Part shown: in pieces, positions 17,603-28,250 of the stretch | How the letters are laid out: each line of letters begins with the position of its first letter | How positions within the stretch are numbered: position 1 is the stretch's first letter | Source of the DNA: Nitrosopumilus maritimus SCM1 | GTDB lineage: Archaea > Thermoproteota > Nitrososphaeria > Nitrososphaerales > Nitrosopumilaceae | NCBI RefSeq assembly: GCF_000018465.1 | Contig: NC_010085.1 | Coordinates: forward strand, 1,530,001 to 1,562,000 | Reading direction: 5' to 3' | Length of the DNA stretch: 32,000 nucleotides | Position numbers and translations under genes: made by a program | Notes under the pieces: model-generated | What the model saw: only the letters and a program-made list of their open reading frames with translations | What the model was told of the DNA's origin: nothing | Databases searched by the model: none

Positions 17603-17911
17603 CTATTGTCCTAAGATGATAAACATCATAACTATACCGTAGATTGCGATTGATTCGACCATACCTACGAAGATGAACACCTTAGATTGTAAAGCTGGGT
17701 TCTCACTAATGACTGCAAGACCTGCTGCACCTACTTGACCAAGACCAATACCTGCACCAAATGCTGCAAGACCAAATGCTAGACCAGCACCGAGAATCTT
17801 CAAAGAGTCTGAACTTGCTGCTGCATCTCCTTCTGCTGCATATGCAATACTAGTAGATCCTGAAATAGAAATTACAGCTGCTGCCATAAGTAACAAGACT
17901 ATAGTTTTCAT
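17603..17911 (-). CDS. atpK: A-type ATP synthase proteolipid subunit K (c-ring)
   Basis: LGAGLAFGLAAFGAGIGLGQVGAAGLAVISENP...FVFVGMVESIAIYGIVMMFII-type proteolipid with conserved Glu, preceded by a signal-like N-terminus. Confidence 0.93.
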   Translation of the reverse strand: MKTIVLLLMAAAVISISGSTSIAYAAEGDAAASSDSLKILGAGLAFGLAAFGAGIGLGQVGAAGLAVISENPALQSKVFIFVGMVESIAIYGIVMMFIILGQ

Positions 17912-17960
17912 GGATGATGTGCCTCCTCAAAGTCCATATTTAAATCATGGTGAGATTGGA

Positions 17961-18092
17961 TTATACTTTTTCTAGTGCTTTCTTTTTGAAAGAACTTAGA
18001 TCGTCTTTAACAGACTGTGCAAAATTTTCATGTTCGCTTTCTAGGGAGTGTTTAGAATCTTCAACAATTTTCTTAATTTCTTCTTTGCCCAT
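17961..18092 (-). CDS. Possible 43-aa charged helical protein within the ATP synthase operon
   Basis: Not in the ORF track, read directly: MGKEEIKKIVEDSKHSLESEHENFAQSVKDDLSSFKKKALEKV*. Its ATG lies 2 nt after the atpD stop and a GGAG lies upstream. Confidence 0.6.
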   Translation of the reverse strand: MGKEEIKKIVEDSKHSLESEHENFAQSVKDDLSSFKKKALEKV

Positions 18093-18094
18093 TA

Positions 18095-18724
18095 TTATCT
18101 ACTCTCCATCTTAGCCTTCACTTTTTTTAACTTTGCGAATTCCTCTCTTTCTCTTTCCTCAAGAGTGGCTATGATGAATCTTACTTTTTGTTGATACTGA
18201 GGAATAATGACGTTTTCAAGTGCGTTTAGTAATTTCTGAGTTTTTTCTAATGCTTTTGCAAGACTGAAAATTGAATTTTCATATTCTGCGGCTTTACAGA
18301 TTTTTGGCAAAAGCTCTTTGATCTGTTTTGCTGCTCTATCAATTGAAGAGTTTGTATCAGCAAAACCATATGGCATTGATTTTGTATCTTTTTCAGTAAC
18401 AGATAGTGCAGGAATTTTTACATCAACGACTCTTCTGACATTTACATCTACTTCCATTACTGAAGGAGTGGATTCGGCAACAGAGTCTACAGTTGAAGAA
18501 CCTAATGCCAAGTATGCTTCATTTACAGAACTGTAGATGTCTTGGAGCGGTTCCCATATTCCACCTCTAGCTTTTGAGGCTTCTTCAATCATCTCTTCGA
18601 TGTTTTTTAGGAGAACTTTACGCTTGTCATCTAGAATTTTCTGCACCATTACGGCTACTTGACTAGATTTTTTGTATTTGAAAAGTTCAATTTTTGTTGC
18701 AGCAACATTTTGTCCAAATGACAT
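18095..18724 (-). CDS. atpD: A-type ATP synthase subunit D
   Basis: 209 aa, coiled-coil protein (ATKIELFKYKKSSQVAVMVQKILDDKRKVLLKNI...NALENVIIPQYQQKVRFIIATLEEREREEFAKLKKVK). Confidence 0.92.
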   Translation of the reverse strand: MSFGQNVAATKIELFKYKKSSQVAVMVQKILDDKRKVLLKNIEEMIEEASKARGGIWEPLQDIYSSVNEAYLALGSSTVDSVAESTPSVMEVDVNVRRVVDVKIPALSVTEKDTKSMPYGFADTNSSIDRAAKQIKELLPKICKAAEYENSIFSLAKALEKTQKLLNALENVIIPQYQQKVRFIIATLEEREREEFAKLKKVKAKMESR

Positions 18725-18728
18725 TTTG

Positions 18729-20114
18729 CTACTCTTCCTTGTAATATTGATCTACGTACTTATCTTTGATTTTTGTAATTTCGTTTCTTGGTAGTTTAGA
18801 TACAATCTTCCATAAGATACCTAATGTCTCTTCAATGGTTCTATTCTCATCAGTTGCTTGTGAAAGGAATTCATTTTCAAAGACATCACCGACATCCATG
18901 TATTTCAAATCGATTTCAGTAAGTCCTGCTTTACCTACAATTCCTGCAAGTGCTCTGACTTCTTGTGCTCTAGAATATGCATCATAAACTTGATTTGAAA
19001 TTTCACCATGATCTGCTCTGGTACTTCCTTCACCAATACCGTCTTTCATCAGTCTTGAGAGACTCATCAAGATGTTTACTGGTGGATAGACTCCTTGTCT
19101 GAACAAATCTCTACCAAGTACAATTTGTCCTTCTGTAATGTAACCAGTAAGGTCAGGAATTGGGTGAGTAATATCATCAGAAGGCATTGACAAGATTGGA
19201 ACTTGTGTAACACTACCTTTCTTTCCGTTTAGTTTTCCTGCTCTTTCATAGATTGTTGAAAGGTCAGTGTAAAGATAACCAGGATAACCTTTTCTTCCAG
19301 GTACTTCTTCTCTTGCAGCACTAATCTCTCTGAGTGCTTCTGCATAGTTTGTCATATCTGTAAGAATAACTAGTACGTGCATTCCTAATTCAAATGCCAA
19401 ATATTCAGCGACAGTTAATGCAACACGAGGAGTAATAATTCTCTCAATTGCAGGATCGTCTGCTGTGTTTAAGAAAAGAACACTTCTTTTTAGAGCGCCA
19501 GACTCTTCAAGACTTCTTCTGAAATATTCTGCTTCACTGTATTGCACACCAATTGCTGCAAAGACTACAGCGAAATCATCTTGTGTACCAATTACACTTG
19601 CTTGTCTTGCAATTTGAGCTGCTAAGAGGTTGTGTGACATACCAGAACCTGAAAAGATTGGAAGTTTTTGTCCTCTTACAAGAGTAATCATTCCATCAAT
19701 TACTGAAACACCAGTTTGGATGAAGTCTTTTGGATATTCACGTTGTTCTGGGTTCATTGGTTCACCGTTAATGTCAATAAATTGATCAGCAATAGGATCT
19801 GGCAGTCCGTCTTTTGGTCTGCCTAAACCATCAAAGACTCTACCAAGTACTTCTCTTGAAACTGGCATCTCCATAACTTTGCCGACAAATTTTGCATTTG
19901 TTGCAGCAATGGATAATCCAGTAGTTCCCTCAAAGACTTGGACGATTGCTTTACCGTTTCCAACTTCGAGAACTTTACCTAATCTTCTTTCACCGTCTTT
20001 AGTTTCAACTTCAACTAATTCGTCAAATGCTGCATTCTCAACATCATCTACAATAACTAGAGGACCTTTGATTTCTGCAATCTTACTGTATTGAACTCCG
20101 CCTTCTGCTGTCAA
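18729..20114 (-). CDS. atpB: A-type ATP synthase subunit B (non-catalytic)
   Basis: V/A-type B subunit motifs: [51 protein letters not shown]. Confidence 0.97.
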   Translation of the reverse strand: MTAEGGVQYSKIAEIKGPLVIVDDVENAAFDELVEVETKDGERRLGKVLEVGNGKAIVQVFEGTTGLSIAATNAKFVGKVMEMPVSREVLGRVFDGLGRPKDGLPDPIADQFIDINGEPMNPEQREYPKDFIQTGVSVIDGMITLVRGQKLPIFSGSGMSHNLLAAQIARQASVIGTQDDFAVVFAAIGVQYSEAEYFRRSLEESGALKRSVLFLNTADDPAIERIITPRVALTVAEYLAFELGMHVLVILTDMTNYAEALREISAAREEVPGRKGYPGYLYTDLSTIYERAGKLNGKKGSVTQVPILSMPSDDITHPIPDLTGYITEGQIVLGRDLFRQGVYPPVNILMSLSRLMKDGIGEGSTRADHGEISNQVYDAYSRAQEVRALAGIVGKAGLTEIDLKYMDVGDVFENEFLSQATDENRTIEETLGILWKIVSKLPRNEITKIKDKYVDQYYKEE

Positions 20115-21889
20115 TTTGATACTTTCACTCCTGTAATTGATTTGAATTCTTCTTGCATGTCTGCATCTAGTTGATCAAGTTTTGGCATCTCATCATCTTT
20201 GACATCCATTCTTGCTTTGAGAAGTGTTGTGATACTTTTCATTGCACGAATATCTGCAAGAGGAGTTCCTTCCTTGATTGCTTGTTGACCTTTCTTGTAA
20301 AAGTCAACTAGTAATTTCATTAACTTGTATTGTTTCTCTGGGCTACAATAAGTGTCAACATCATCAAATGAGTTTTGTTGTAAGAGACCAATCTTTACCA
20401 TTCTTGCAACTTCAAGAATTAATTTTTCTTCATCTGGAAGTGCTTCAGGTCCTAAGAGTCTGACAATTTCTTTTAGTGTATCTTCTCTTTGTAAGACACC
20501 ATAAACTTCACTTCTAAGACTTAGCCAGTCTTCGTTGATGTTCTCACCCCACCACTTTGCAATGTCTGCAAGATAACCAGAATAGCTGTTCATCCAGTTA
20601 ATTGATGGATAGTGTCTAGAGTATGCTAGTTTTGCATCCAAAGCCCAGAATGTTTTGATAAATCTCATGGTGTGAGTTGTAACTGGTTCTGTAAAGTCAC
20701 CACCAGATGGTGAAACAGCACCAATCAAAGTTACAGAACCATCACGGTCTGGACTTCCTGCTGCTCTAACACGACCTGCTCTTTCATAGAATTCTGCTAA
20801 TCTTGATGCAAGATATGATGGATAGCCTTCTTCTGCTGGCATCTCTTCTAGTCTACCACTCATCTCTCTGAGTGCTTCGGCCCATCTACTTGTTGAATCT
20901 GCTACAAGTACAACGTCTTTACCCATATCTCTGTAATATTCTGCAATTGTGACACCAGTGTAGATACTTGCTTCTCTTGCTGCTACCGGCATGTTACTGG
21001 TATTTGCAACAAGTACTGTTCTGTCCATGAGTGGTTTTCCACTACGTGGGTCTTTGAGGTGTGGGAACTCCACAAGTACTTCTGTCATTTCGTTTCCTCT
21101 CTCACCACAACCGATGTAAACTACAACTTGGGAATCTGCCCATTTTGCAATTTGGTGAAGTGTAACAGTCTTTCCTGTTCCAAATGCACCTGGGATTGAA
21201 CCTGTTCCTCCTTTTGCAATTGGGAAGAATGTGTCAATTACACGTTGTCCGGTGAGTAGTGGAACTGTTGGATCGTATCGGTTCTTGTATGGACGTGGTT
21301 TTCTTACAGGCCATCTGTGATACATTTTGAGTTCGACAGTTTCACCTTCTCCCTCAGTTGTTGCTAATACAGTTTCTAAATCATAATCTCCTTCTGATAC
21401 TAAGTTTGAAATTTTTCCACCTTTGTGGTCTGGTGGAACCATGATAGAGTGCTCAATAAGATCAGTTTCTTGAACAACGCCAATTACATTTCCTGCTGCT
21501 ACTTCATCACCATTACTAACTGATGGGACAAAGTGATATTTTTTGGCCATGTCAACTGGAGTAGTTGTAATACCTCTTCCGATAAAGGAACCAGAAGCTT
21601 CTGATAATGCTCTTAGTGGTCTTTGAATTCCATCATAAAGTTGTCCAATAATTCCAGGACCTAACAAAACACTAAGTGGGTTTCCAGTACCAATTACTGG
21701 TTCACCTGGTTTTAGTCCACTGGTTGATTCGTAAACTTGAATGAATGCTACATCTCCGGTTAATCTAATTACTTCACCGACTAATTTTGAATCGCCGACA
21801 GTTACAGTTTCATACATTTTTGCTTCAGACATACCGTCTGCTCTAACTGCAGGTCCACTTACCCAAACAATTCTACCTTGAGCTGCCAT
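20111..21889 (-). CDS. atpA: A-type ATP synthase subunit A (catalytic)
   Basis: Walker A GAFGTGKT; [17 protein letters not shown]; [31 protein letters not shown]. Confidence 0.98.
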   Translation of the reverse strand: MAAQGRIVWVSGPAVRADGMSEAKMYETVTVGDSKLVGEVIRLTGDVAFIQVYESTSGLKPGEPVIGTGNPLSVLLGPGIIGQLYDGIQRPLRALSEASGSFIGRGITTTPVDMAKKYHFVPSVSNGDEVAAGNVIGVVQETDLIEHSIMVPPDHKGGKISNLVSEGDYDLETVLATTEGEGETVELKMYHRWPVRKPRPYKNRYDPTVPLLTGQRVIDTFFPIAKGGTGSIPGAFGTGKTVTLHQIAKWADSQVVVYIGCGERGNEMTEVLVEFPHLKDPRSGKPLMDRTVLVANTSNMPVAAREASIYTGVTIAEYYRDMGKDVVLVADSTSRWAEALREMSGRLEEMPAEEGYPSYLASRLAEFYERAGRVRAAGSPDRDGSVTLIGAVSPSGGDFTEPVTTHTMRFIKTFWALDAKLAYSRHYPSINWMNSYSGYLADIAKWWGENINEDWLSLRSEVYGVLQREDTLKEIVRLLGPEALPDEEKLILEVARMVKIGLLQQNSFDDVDTYCSPEKQYKLMKLLVDFYKKGQQAIKEGTPLADIRAMKSITTLLKARMDVKDDEMPKLDQLDADMQEEFKSITGVKVSN

Positions 21890-21890
21890 C

Positions 21891-22487
21891 TTATTCTCCT
21901 ACCCCGAATTTGGATGCAATCTCTTTCCTTATTAAAGGCTTCAGACGTTCAATTCTTGCATCGATCGTATTGTCAAATGTCATTGCACCATCTTTTGATT
22001 TTACAACAACTCCACCAAGACAATCAATTGTATCAGAAGATAATTCAGATCCTGGGAATTGTGACAAAGTTGATTGAACTACATCTTTGTCTTTGGCATT
22101 TGTAGTAACTGTAATTTCTGAAGTTCCCAAAATTTGGGTTGCTTCTGTAATCATTGTTTTAATCAAATTAGAATAATCACCACTGCGATCAGCATTTGCA
22201 ATTTGTTCAAGTGCTTTTGAAAATACCTTATCGACTGCATCTTCTAATGCCATTAATTGCTTATTTCTAGCCTCAATATCGGCACTTCCCATGATTTGTT
22301 TTTCAATTTTATCGGCTTCTTTCTTTCCATCTGCGATGATTTTATCAAATTCTTGTTCTAGTTTAGGAACAGAATCATCAAGGGTTTTCAGAGATTCATT
22401 TAGGGCAGATTCAACGTTTGAAATGACGGACTTTTCAGTTTGTTCAAGAATTTTGCTAATAGTGGTCTCTAAAGCAGAATTTGCCAA
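21891..22487 (-). CDS. atpE: A-type ATP synthase subunit E (peripheral stalk)
   Basis: Coiled-coil N-terminus and a C-terminal domain with [38 protein letters not shown]. Confidence 0.92.
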   Translation of the reverse strand: MANSALETTISKILEQTEKSVISNVESALNESLKTLDDSVPKLEQEFDKIIADGKKEADKIEKQIMGSADIEARNKQLMALEDAVDKVFSKALEQIANADRSGDYSNLIKTMITEATQILGTSEITVTTNAKDKDVVQSTLSQFPGSELSSDTIDCLGGVVVKSKDGAMTFDNTIDARIERLKPLIRKEIASKFGVGE

Positions 22488-22576
22488 TGAGTCGCGTAAA
22501 TCCGTAATAGATTTTAATGTTTGGGAATTGCAATTCAGAAAGATATTAAAATCAAAGGAGTTACCGTTGGATTATC

Positions 22577-24676
22577 TTGGTAGTAGCCGATCTGAAACTT
22601 GGAAGTGTAATTTTACCAAGAAGCGAGTCTCCAAGAGCAATTTCCAGACTAACAGAGTTTGAATGGTTTCATAAAATCGATACTGAAAATGACTTAGTCA
22701 CACCAGAAATCGATGATCTTCTGTTAGAGGCACAAAAAACCTACCAATCAATTGATGATGTAGTTAAAGGACTAGGAGTCCCACCAACTGTAGGAATTCT
22801 AGAGATTTTGTTCAAAGGAACTATGATCAAAAAGAAGGATTATGAGATTGGAGAAATTGAGGACTTGGTAGAGGATCTCAAAAAGAAGACTCCATCAGTT
22901 ATTGACGAGCCAGCAAAACTTCTAGAAGAGCAAGCAGACACAAAACGAGGAATTGAAGAATATCGTTCATTAAAAGAGACTCTCGAAATTGCTAAAAAAC
23001 TCAACATTGATCTTTCAGGATTTGGATTGATGAAGTATTTCTACACAAATCTCTTTGTGATAGACTCTGGAGACTATGAAGAAATTAGCAGAGCATTAGA
23101 AGGCATTACATTTTACAAATATGATTTAGAAAGTAAAGACAAAGCCGCAGTCTTGGTAATTTGTGGAATTGATGATTCAGAAAAAGCACTAAAAGTACTT
23201 AGAGGATTCAACGCAAATCCATTTTCCATTCCTGATGGCATGTCACAGATTCCATCAGAGGCATATGCCACTGCTGAGGCAAAACTAAAAGAACTTACAG
23301 CAAAACAGGCACAAATTGCAAAACAGCTTGCAAAAATCACAAAGAACATCAGACGCGATATTCTGGTATTACACGAAGAAGCACTTGTTGCAAAAGATGT
23401 TCTTGAGACTTTGAGAAAACCAGGTGGAACTAAACATTTTGCACTTATCCAAGGATTCATCCCAAGTAAGATGGAAGAGAAGTTCAAGAATATTACAAGT
23501 CAATGGACTTCAGTAACTGAAGAGATTACAGATCCTAAACATCAAGAACAAGTTCCAACATTATTTGATAATAAAAAATTCGTTAGAACTTTTGAAGTAA
23601 TCACAGAAAGTCAAGGAATTCCAAGAAAGGGAGAAGCAGATCCTACACCAATGATTGCCCTAATGTGGCCAATTTTCTACGGACTGATGTTTGCAGATAC
23701 AGGTCACGGATTGCTCTTGATGGGAATGGGATTATTATTCAAATTCAAAGGACAAGGTAATCTCTCTAGATGGGGAATGCTCATTGCAATTTCTGGAGCA
23801 GCATCTGCTATTGCAGGTGTTGGTGCAGGAGAAGCGTTTGGATATCACATATATTACTTTGAACCATTCAAGGGACTATTAGCAGAAGGAGGACCACTAT
23901 ACCCAGTTAGTTTCATAGTTGGTATCCTTAGTGTTGCAGAATTATCATTTGAACAAGTAATCAATATTCTCAAAGTTTCATTGTTCATTGGAATCATCCA
24001 TTTGGTTTGGGCAATGATTCTCAGAATTAGAAGATTAGCTAGAGAAGGTCACAAGATTGTCATGTACTTGGAAGCAATTCCAAACATCACACTCTATGGC
24101 GGTATTGTAGTTATCATGATGTGTGCAATCGGTTCACAATATGATGTAATGAACATGTATTCCAAAGTCCACACAGAAGCTGTTCCTTGGGTTACAATAT
24201 TCCTAGGAGATTGGGCACAAGTTTGGATTGTTACAAGAATTGCAGTAGTAATTGTAATTGCATCTATGGCAATGATGATGGTTGGAGGAATAATGCATGC
24301 AAAGAAACATCCAGAGGATGGAGGTTCGGCGGCAAATGTCGTAATGGAAGTATTCCTTGGTAAGACAGTAGAAAGTTTAGCTCACACAATTAGTTATGCT
24401 CGACTCGGAATTATGCTACTGGTGCACGCAGCACTGTTGCTGACAGTAAATAATGCATTCAATTCACTTGGCGGTTCCGAATCATTTGGTGCATGGGCAA
24501 TGATTATTGGAGGAAACTTGGGAATCATGATGATTGAAGGATTGATTGTGTATATCCAGTCACTCAGGTTGCACTTGTACGAATACTTTACAAAATGGTA
24601 TGATGGTGGTGCACAACCATTTAGACAAGTTAGACCAGAATTGATTTACAACCAATTCATTTGGAAAAGAAAATAA
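22577..24676 (+). CDS. atpI: A-type ATP synthase subunit I (a-subunit)
   Basis: 699 aa; C-terminal multi-TM domain with PTPMIALMWPIFYGLMFADTGHG, LSYARLG-like ISYARLGIMLLVHA. TTG start at 22577. Confidence 0.95.
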   Translation: MVVADLKLGSVILPRSESPRAISRLTEFEWFHKIDTENDLVTPEIDDLLLEAQKTYQSIDDVVKGLGVPPTVGILEILFKGTMIKKKDYEIGEIEDLVEDLKKKTPSVIDEPAKLLEEQADTKRGIEEYRSLKETLEIAKKLNIDLSGFGLMKYFYTNLFVIDSGDYEEISRALEGITFYKYDLESKDKAAVLVICGIDDSEKALKVLRGFNANPFSIPDGMSQIPSEAYATAEAKLKELTAKQAQIAKQLAKITKNIRRDILVLHEEALVAKDVLETLRKPGGTKHFALIQGFIPSKMEEKFKNITSQWTSVTEEITDPKHQEQVPTLFDNKKFVRTFEVITESQGIPRKGEADPTPMIALMWPIFYGLMFADTGHGLLLMGMGLLFKFKGQGNLSRWGMLIAISGAASAIAGVGAGEAFGYHIYYFEPFKGLLAEGGPLYPVSFIVGILSVAELSFEQVINILKVSLFIGIIHLVWAMILRIRRLAREGHKIVMYLEAIPNITLYGGIVVIMMCAIGSQYDVMNMYSKVHTEAVPWVTIFLGDWAQVWIVTRIAVVIVIASMAMMMVGGIMHAKKHPEDGGSAANVVMEVFLGKTVESLAHTISYARLGIMLLVHAALLLTVNNAFNSLGGSESFGAWAMIIGGNLGIMMIEGLIVYIQSLRLHLYEYFTKWYDGGAQPFRQVRPELIYNQFIWKRK

Positions 24677-24693
24677 AATTTTAAAAAAAGAAT

Positions 24694-25470
24694 CTATATT
24701 TCTACAAGACTAACAGATATCTTTGTCATAGGTCTTGACAATTCATCAGGAACTACAATTAACAATCCACTATTCTTATCAACTCCGCTGCATTCTCCTG
24801 AAAACTTTTGGAAGTTGTTTGCAAAACATCCATCATTAGAGTAATGTTCAAAATTTTCAGGAAAGAGAAAATAGTACCATTGTTGAACAGGAGAGGGTAC
24901 AAAATACACATCAAATCCTATGGTTTTATCATTAACAGATACTGTGTATTCGTAGTTTGTTGATTCTTTGGAGGTGCAAATTGGAACAAATTGTGCAAAT
25001 CCATTTTGAAGTTTTTGTTTTTGAGATTCATCTGAATAAGCAGAATTAGGAATAGAAGATTCTTCTTCAAAGAAGTTTAGATTGTATCCAAGAAAATCAA
25101 GGCCAGTCTTTGCATAATGAAACCATTGGGATTCACAATCCCTATAATCATATTGTACTGCAACTACAGGTTTATTGTTAACATACTGAAGGCCATTTTG
25201 TCTTTGTTTTGCACCATGTTTAGTAATATCAGATTGTTCTTCTTCTCCAGGAACTACTTCACGGTCCCATGTTGTTGTAACATCAACAATCAGATTTCTA
25301 GGATAACTCTTCCATTCTGGTTGGAAATGAACATAATTTGCATATTCATTTGTTTGACTGATTTTTACAGTATCTCTTGATTCTCTATAAGTTCCAAATG
25401 CATCATCTACAACAATTACTGAGAACAAAATTGTAAAACTGACTATTAATGAAACATGGAATAAATTCAT
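24694..25470 (-). CDS. Secreted or membrane-anchored hypothetical protein
   Basis: 258 aa with N-terminal hydrophobic segment (LIVSFTILFSVIVVDDAFG), then a hydrophilic beta-rich domain. Confidence 0.65.
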   Translation of the reverse strand: MNLFHVSLIVSFTILFSVIVVDDAFGTYRESRDTVKISQTNEYANYVHFQPEWKSYPRNLIVDVTTTWDREVVPGEEEQSDITKHGAKQRQNGLQYVNNKPVVAVQYDYRDCESQWFHYAKTGLDFLGYNLNFFEEESSIPNSAYSDESQKQKLQNGFAQFVPICTSKESTNYEYTVSVNDKTIGFDVYFVPSPVQQWYYFLFPENFEHYSNDGCFANNFQKFSGECSGVDKNSGLLIVVPDELSRPMTKISVSLVEI

Positions 25471-25607
25471 TCGTTAACTACATCTCCCATATTTTTTGCC
25501 ATTGTAAAGCTACAAAAAGATAATCCACAATTTCCACAAGAGAACTTATCATCATCAAAGGTAATGTTTTGCGAACCACATTTCAGGCAATTTTTACTTG
25601 AAATCAT
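25467..25607 (-). CDS. Small TFIIB-like zinc-ribbon protein
   Basis: CLKCGSQNITFDDDKFSCGNCGLSF. ATG at 25607 is a better start than the track start at 25679. The stop overlaps the start of the downstream gene by 4 nt. Confidence 0.6.
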   Translation of the reverse strand: MISSKNCLKCGSQNITFDDDKFSCGNCGLSFCSFTMAKNMGDVVNE

Positions 25608-25760
25608 GATATAATATACACAGGAATGGATATATTTTTCACGGAAAGATATTTTTTCATAAATGTCCAGATTGGACAATAAAATAGGTTCAATTATCTA
25701 AATTATGCAAAATATGTCCAATTCGGAAAATCATAATTAATAGCAATCAGCATTTGAATC

Positions 25761-26753
25761 ATGGTAGATGAGATTGATAAAATTATTCTAACAGAATTAG
25801 GAAAGAATGCCAGAAGATCATCTAAAGATATTACAAAGATTTTACAAAATATGAATTACCATATAACAGATAGAGGAATAAGACACAGATTACAACGATT
25901 AGAAAAAAATAATACAGTTGTAGGTTATTCTGTTACATTAAATCCAGAACTAATTTCAGAAAAAGTTAATCGTACAATAGTTTTGAAATTCAAATTTACT
26001 AAAGACACACCTGAATTGATCAACAGATTAACAGAGTATGTTAATGAATCACACTTTTGTACATATTCAAGCAGATTAAATGGAGATTTTGATTGGATTT
26101 GTCATTTTATTTTTGATTCTGTTGAACAGTTTGATTTAGAGACAAATAATTTCTTAAACAAATTTTCTGAACTGATATCAGATTACAGATCTTATGAATC
26201 AAATTTAGTCAAAAATACCCCATACACTATTTTTGATCAAGAACACGTTAATGAAAAGAAGCTTCAAGCTTGGAATATACTTCAACAAATAAAAAAATAT
26301 GATACATTAAATGAAAGACTTCAGTCCATAGTAGAAAGTCTGGTAAAATATTTTGATGCAACATTTGCCAGAGTTTGGTTTGTAGATAAATCTGAGAAAT
26401 CATTAATTTTACGATTTAGTGCAGGAAAATACAAAAATGTGAAAGGTGAGTTTTCCAAAGTTCCAATAAAATCACTAAAGATAGGAGCAATAGTTACTAC
26501 GAAAAAACCAATTGTTTCAAATGATGTAATACATGATCCAAGAATAAAATATCATGATTGGGCAAAAAAAGAGAAACTCAAATCATTTGCAGGTTATCCT
26601 TTGATGTATAACAAAAAAGTAGTTGCAGTACTTGCTTTGTTTAGCAAAAAACAATTCTCACCTTCAGATTTTGAGATTTTAGGCATGTTTTCAGACCAAA
26701 TATCAAAGGAATTAACAGGATTTTTTGAAACAAAAGATTTTCTTTCTGAATGA
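25761..26753 (+). CDS. Lrp/AsnC-like HTH regulator fused to a GAF-like domain
   Basis: N-terminus VDEIDKIILTELGKNARRSSKDITKIL...ITDRGIRHRLQRLEKNNTVVGYSVTLNPE. C-terminus LVKYFDATFARVWFVDKSEKSLILRFSAG...FAGYPLMYNKKVVAVLALFSKKQFSPSDFEILGMFSDQIS. Confidence 0.8.
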   Translation: MVDEIDKIILTELGKNARRSSKDITKILQNMNYHITDRGIRHRLQRLEKNNTVVGYSVTLNPELISEKVNRTIVLKFKFTKDTPELINRLTEYVNESHFCTYSSRLNGDFDWICHFIFDSVEQFDLETNNFLNKFSELISDYRSYESNLVKNTPYTIFDQEHVNEKKLQAWNILQQIKKYDTLNERLQSIVESLVKYFDATFARVWFVDKSEKSLILRFSAGKYKNVKGEFSKVPIKSLKIGAIVTTKKPIVSNDVIHDPRIKYHDWAKKEKLKSFAGYPLMYNKKVVAVLALFSKKQFSPSDFEILGMFSDQISKELTGFFETKDFLSE

Positions 26754-26755
26754 AT

Positions 26756-27397
26756 TTAGAATCTATCAGTAAAGACAACTTTGTCTAATGGAAGTTGTCC
26801 ACCACGAGGCATAGCCGGTTTGACTTGCTTGCCAATTACTACCATCATAGTTATCACATGATCTTTTGGTAAATTGATTAGTTGTGCAACTTTTTCTGGA
26901 TCAAATCCAATCATAGGATTTGAGTCATATCCCATAGCTTTGGCAGCAAGCATTATGGTCTGAGCTGCAATTCCACAAGACCTCATTGCCTCATCTCTTT
27001 GCAATTGCTCTTTTCCTTCGTAAAACATCCCCATTGCAGGAACCAAAAAGTCACGAGCTTCCTTTGGAGCATCCTTCCAATATTGAGCAGGATCTTTTTT
27101 CCAAGATTTCAAATCAGCACAAAGTACCAATAATAGCGAGGAATCTGTCACCTGAGCCTGATCCCATGATGCAGAACGAATCTGCTTTCGTATTTCAGAA
27201 TCTTTTACCAAGACAAATCTCCAGTTTTGCATGTTAAATGAGGTAGGAGATAAAACTGCTAGAGACAGTAATTTTTCAATCTCATCTTCAGAGAGTTTAT
27301 GATTTGGATCATAGTGCTTTACTGAACGACGCTCTTTGATTGCATCAAAGGTTTCCATAATTTTGATTAATTTTGCAACATTAATTGGTTTTTGCAA
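26756..27397 (-). CDS. Nitroreductase-family FMN protein
   Basis: AIKERRSVKHYDPNHKLSEDEIEKLLSLAVLSPTSFNMQNWRFVLV; GIAAQTIMLAAKAMGYDSNPMIGFD. Confidence 0.93.
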   Translation of the reverse strand: MQKPINVAKLIKIMETFDAIKERRSVKHYDPNHKLSEDEIEKLLSLAVLSPTSFNMQNWRFVLVKDSEIRKQIRSASWDQAQVTDSSLLLVLCADLKSWKKDPAQYWKDAPKEARDFLVPAMGMFYEGKEQLQRDEAMRSCGIAAQTIMLAAKAMGYDSNPMIGFDPEKVAQLINLPKDHVITMMVVIGKQVKPAMPRGGQLPLDKVVFTDRF

Positions 27398-27400
27398 AGA

Positions 27401-28177
27401 TTATTTTTCTACAGGAAGATCTAATCGATTTCCCCATTCTCCCCAAGACCCCAGATAGACCTTGATGTTTGAGAATCCTAGTTTTTTTAAAACCAAAAAA
27501 GAGTTGGCTGCCCTATATGCTCCTTGGCAGTATGTCACAATTTCAGTGTCTTTTGGAAAATCATACATTTTTGATAATTCTTCATCGCTTTTGAAAGTCC
27601 CATCTTCTTTGAGGTTTTGACTCCAATCAATATTGATGGCATTTGGGATATGACCTGATTGAGCAGCTCGAACTGTACTTCCATCATATTCTCCAGGCGA
27701 GCGGGCATCAAGGATTTTCACATTATCAAGATTATCTCGAATGTATTCAAATCCTGAAATTATCTCAGAATTGATTTTGCCTGAAAAATCAGATGGTTTG
27801 AATCCGTTTGGTTTTGTCTCAACTGCAAGATTTTCTTTTTGCCACTTTGTAATTCCCCCATCAAGCATCATGACATTTTGATGAGAAAAATACATCAACA
27901 TCCATACTCCTCTAGCTGCAAGCATTCCAGAAATTGAATCATAAAAGATGACTTTTTTTTCAGGAGCCACTCCAAGAAAAGACAATAGAGATTTTGACTG
28001 ATTATTGAAGTTATCAATTCCTTGTTTTGTAGTATCAATCCAGTGAAATGCAAACAAATCCAAATGAACTGCTCCAGGGATATGGCCCTCAGAATATTCT
28101 TTGAAGGAACGAGTGTCAGCTAGAATGAGATTAGGATCACCAAGGATGGAATTTAGTTCATCAGTTGAGATTAACAT
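27401..28177 (-). CDS. Thiosulfate sulfurtransferase/rhodanese, two domains
   Basis: LADTRSFKEYSEGHIPGAVHL; ILDARSPGEY; active-site loop VTYCQGAYRA. Confidence 0.93.
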   Translation of the reverse strand: MLISTDELNSILGDPNLILADTRSFKEYSEGHIPGAVHLDLFAFHWIDTTKQGIDNFNNQSKSLLSFLGVAPEKKVIFYDSISGMLAARGVWMLMYFSHQNVMMLDGGITKWQKENLAVETKPNGFKPSDFSGKINSEIISGFEYIRDNLDNVKILDARSPGEYDGSTVRAAQSGHIPNAINIDWSQNLKEDGTFKSDEELSKMYDFPKDTEIVTYCQGAYRAANSFLVLKKLGFSNIKVYLGSWGEWGNRLDLPVEK

Positions 28178-28250
28178 GATTTAGGTAAAATGATCAAATC
28201 TAAATTGATTTGGATTGAATAATAAAAAGAAGAAAAGAAAAGGGTTTTTT

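Noticed and set aside
23113-23487. 124-aa minus-strand ORF within atpI
   Set aside because: Low-complexity Ser/Ala/Phe-rich translation antisense to a clear atpI.
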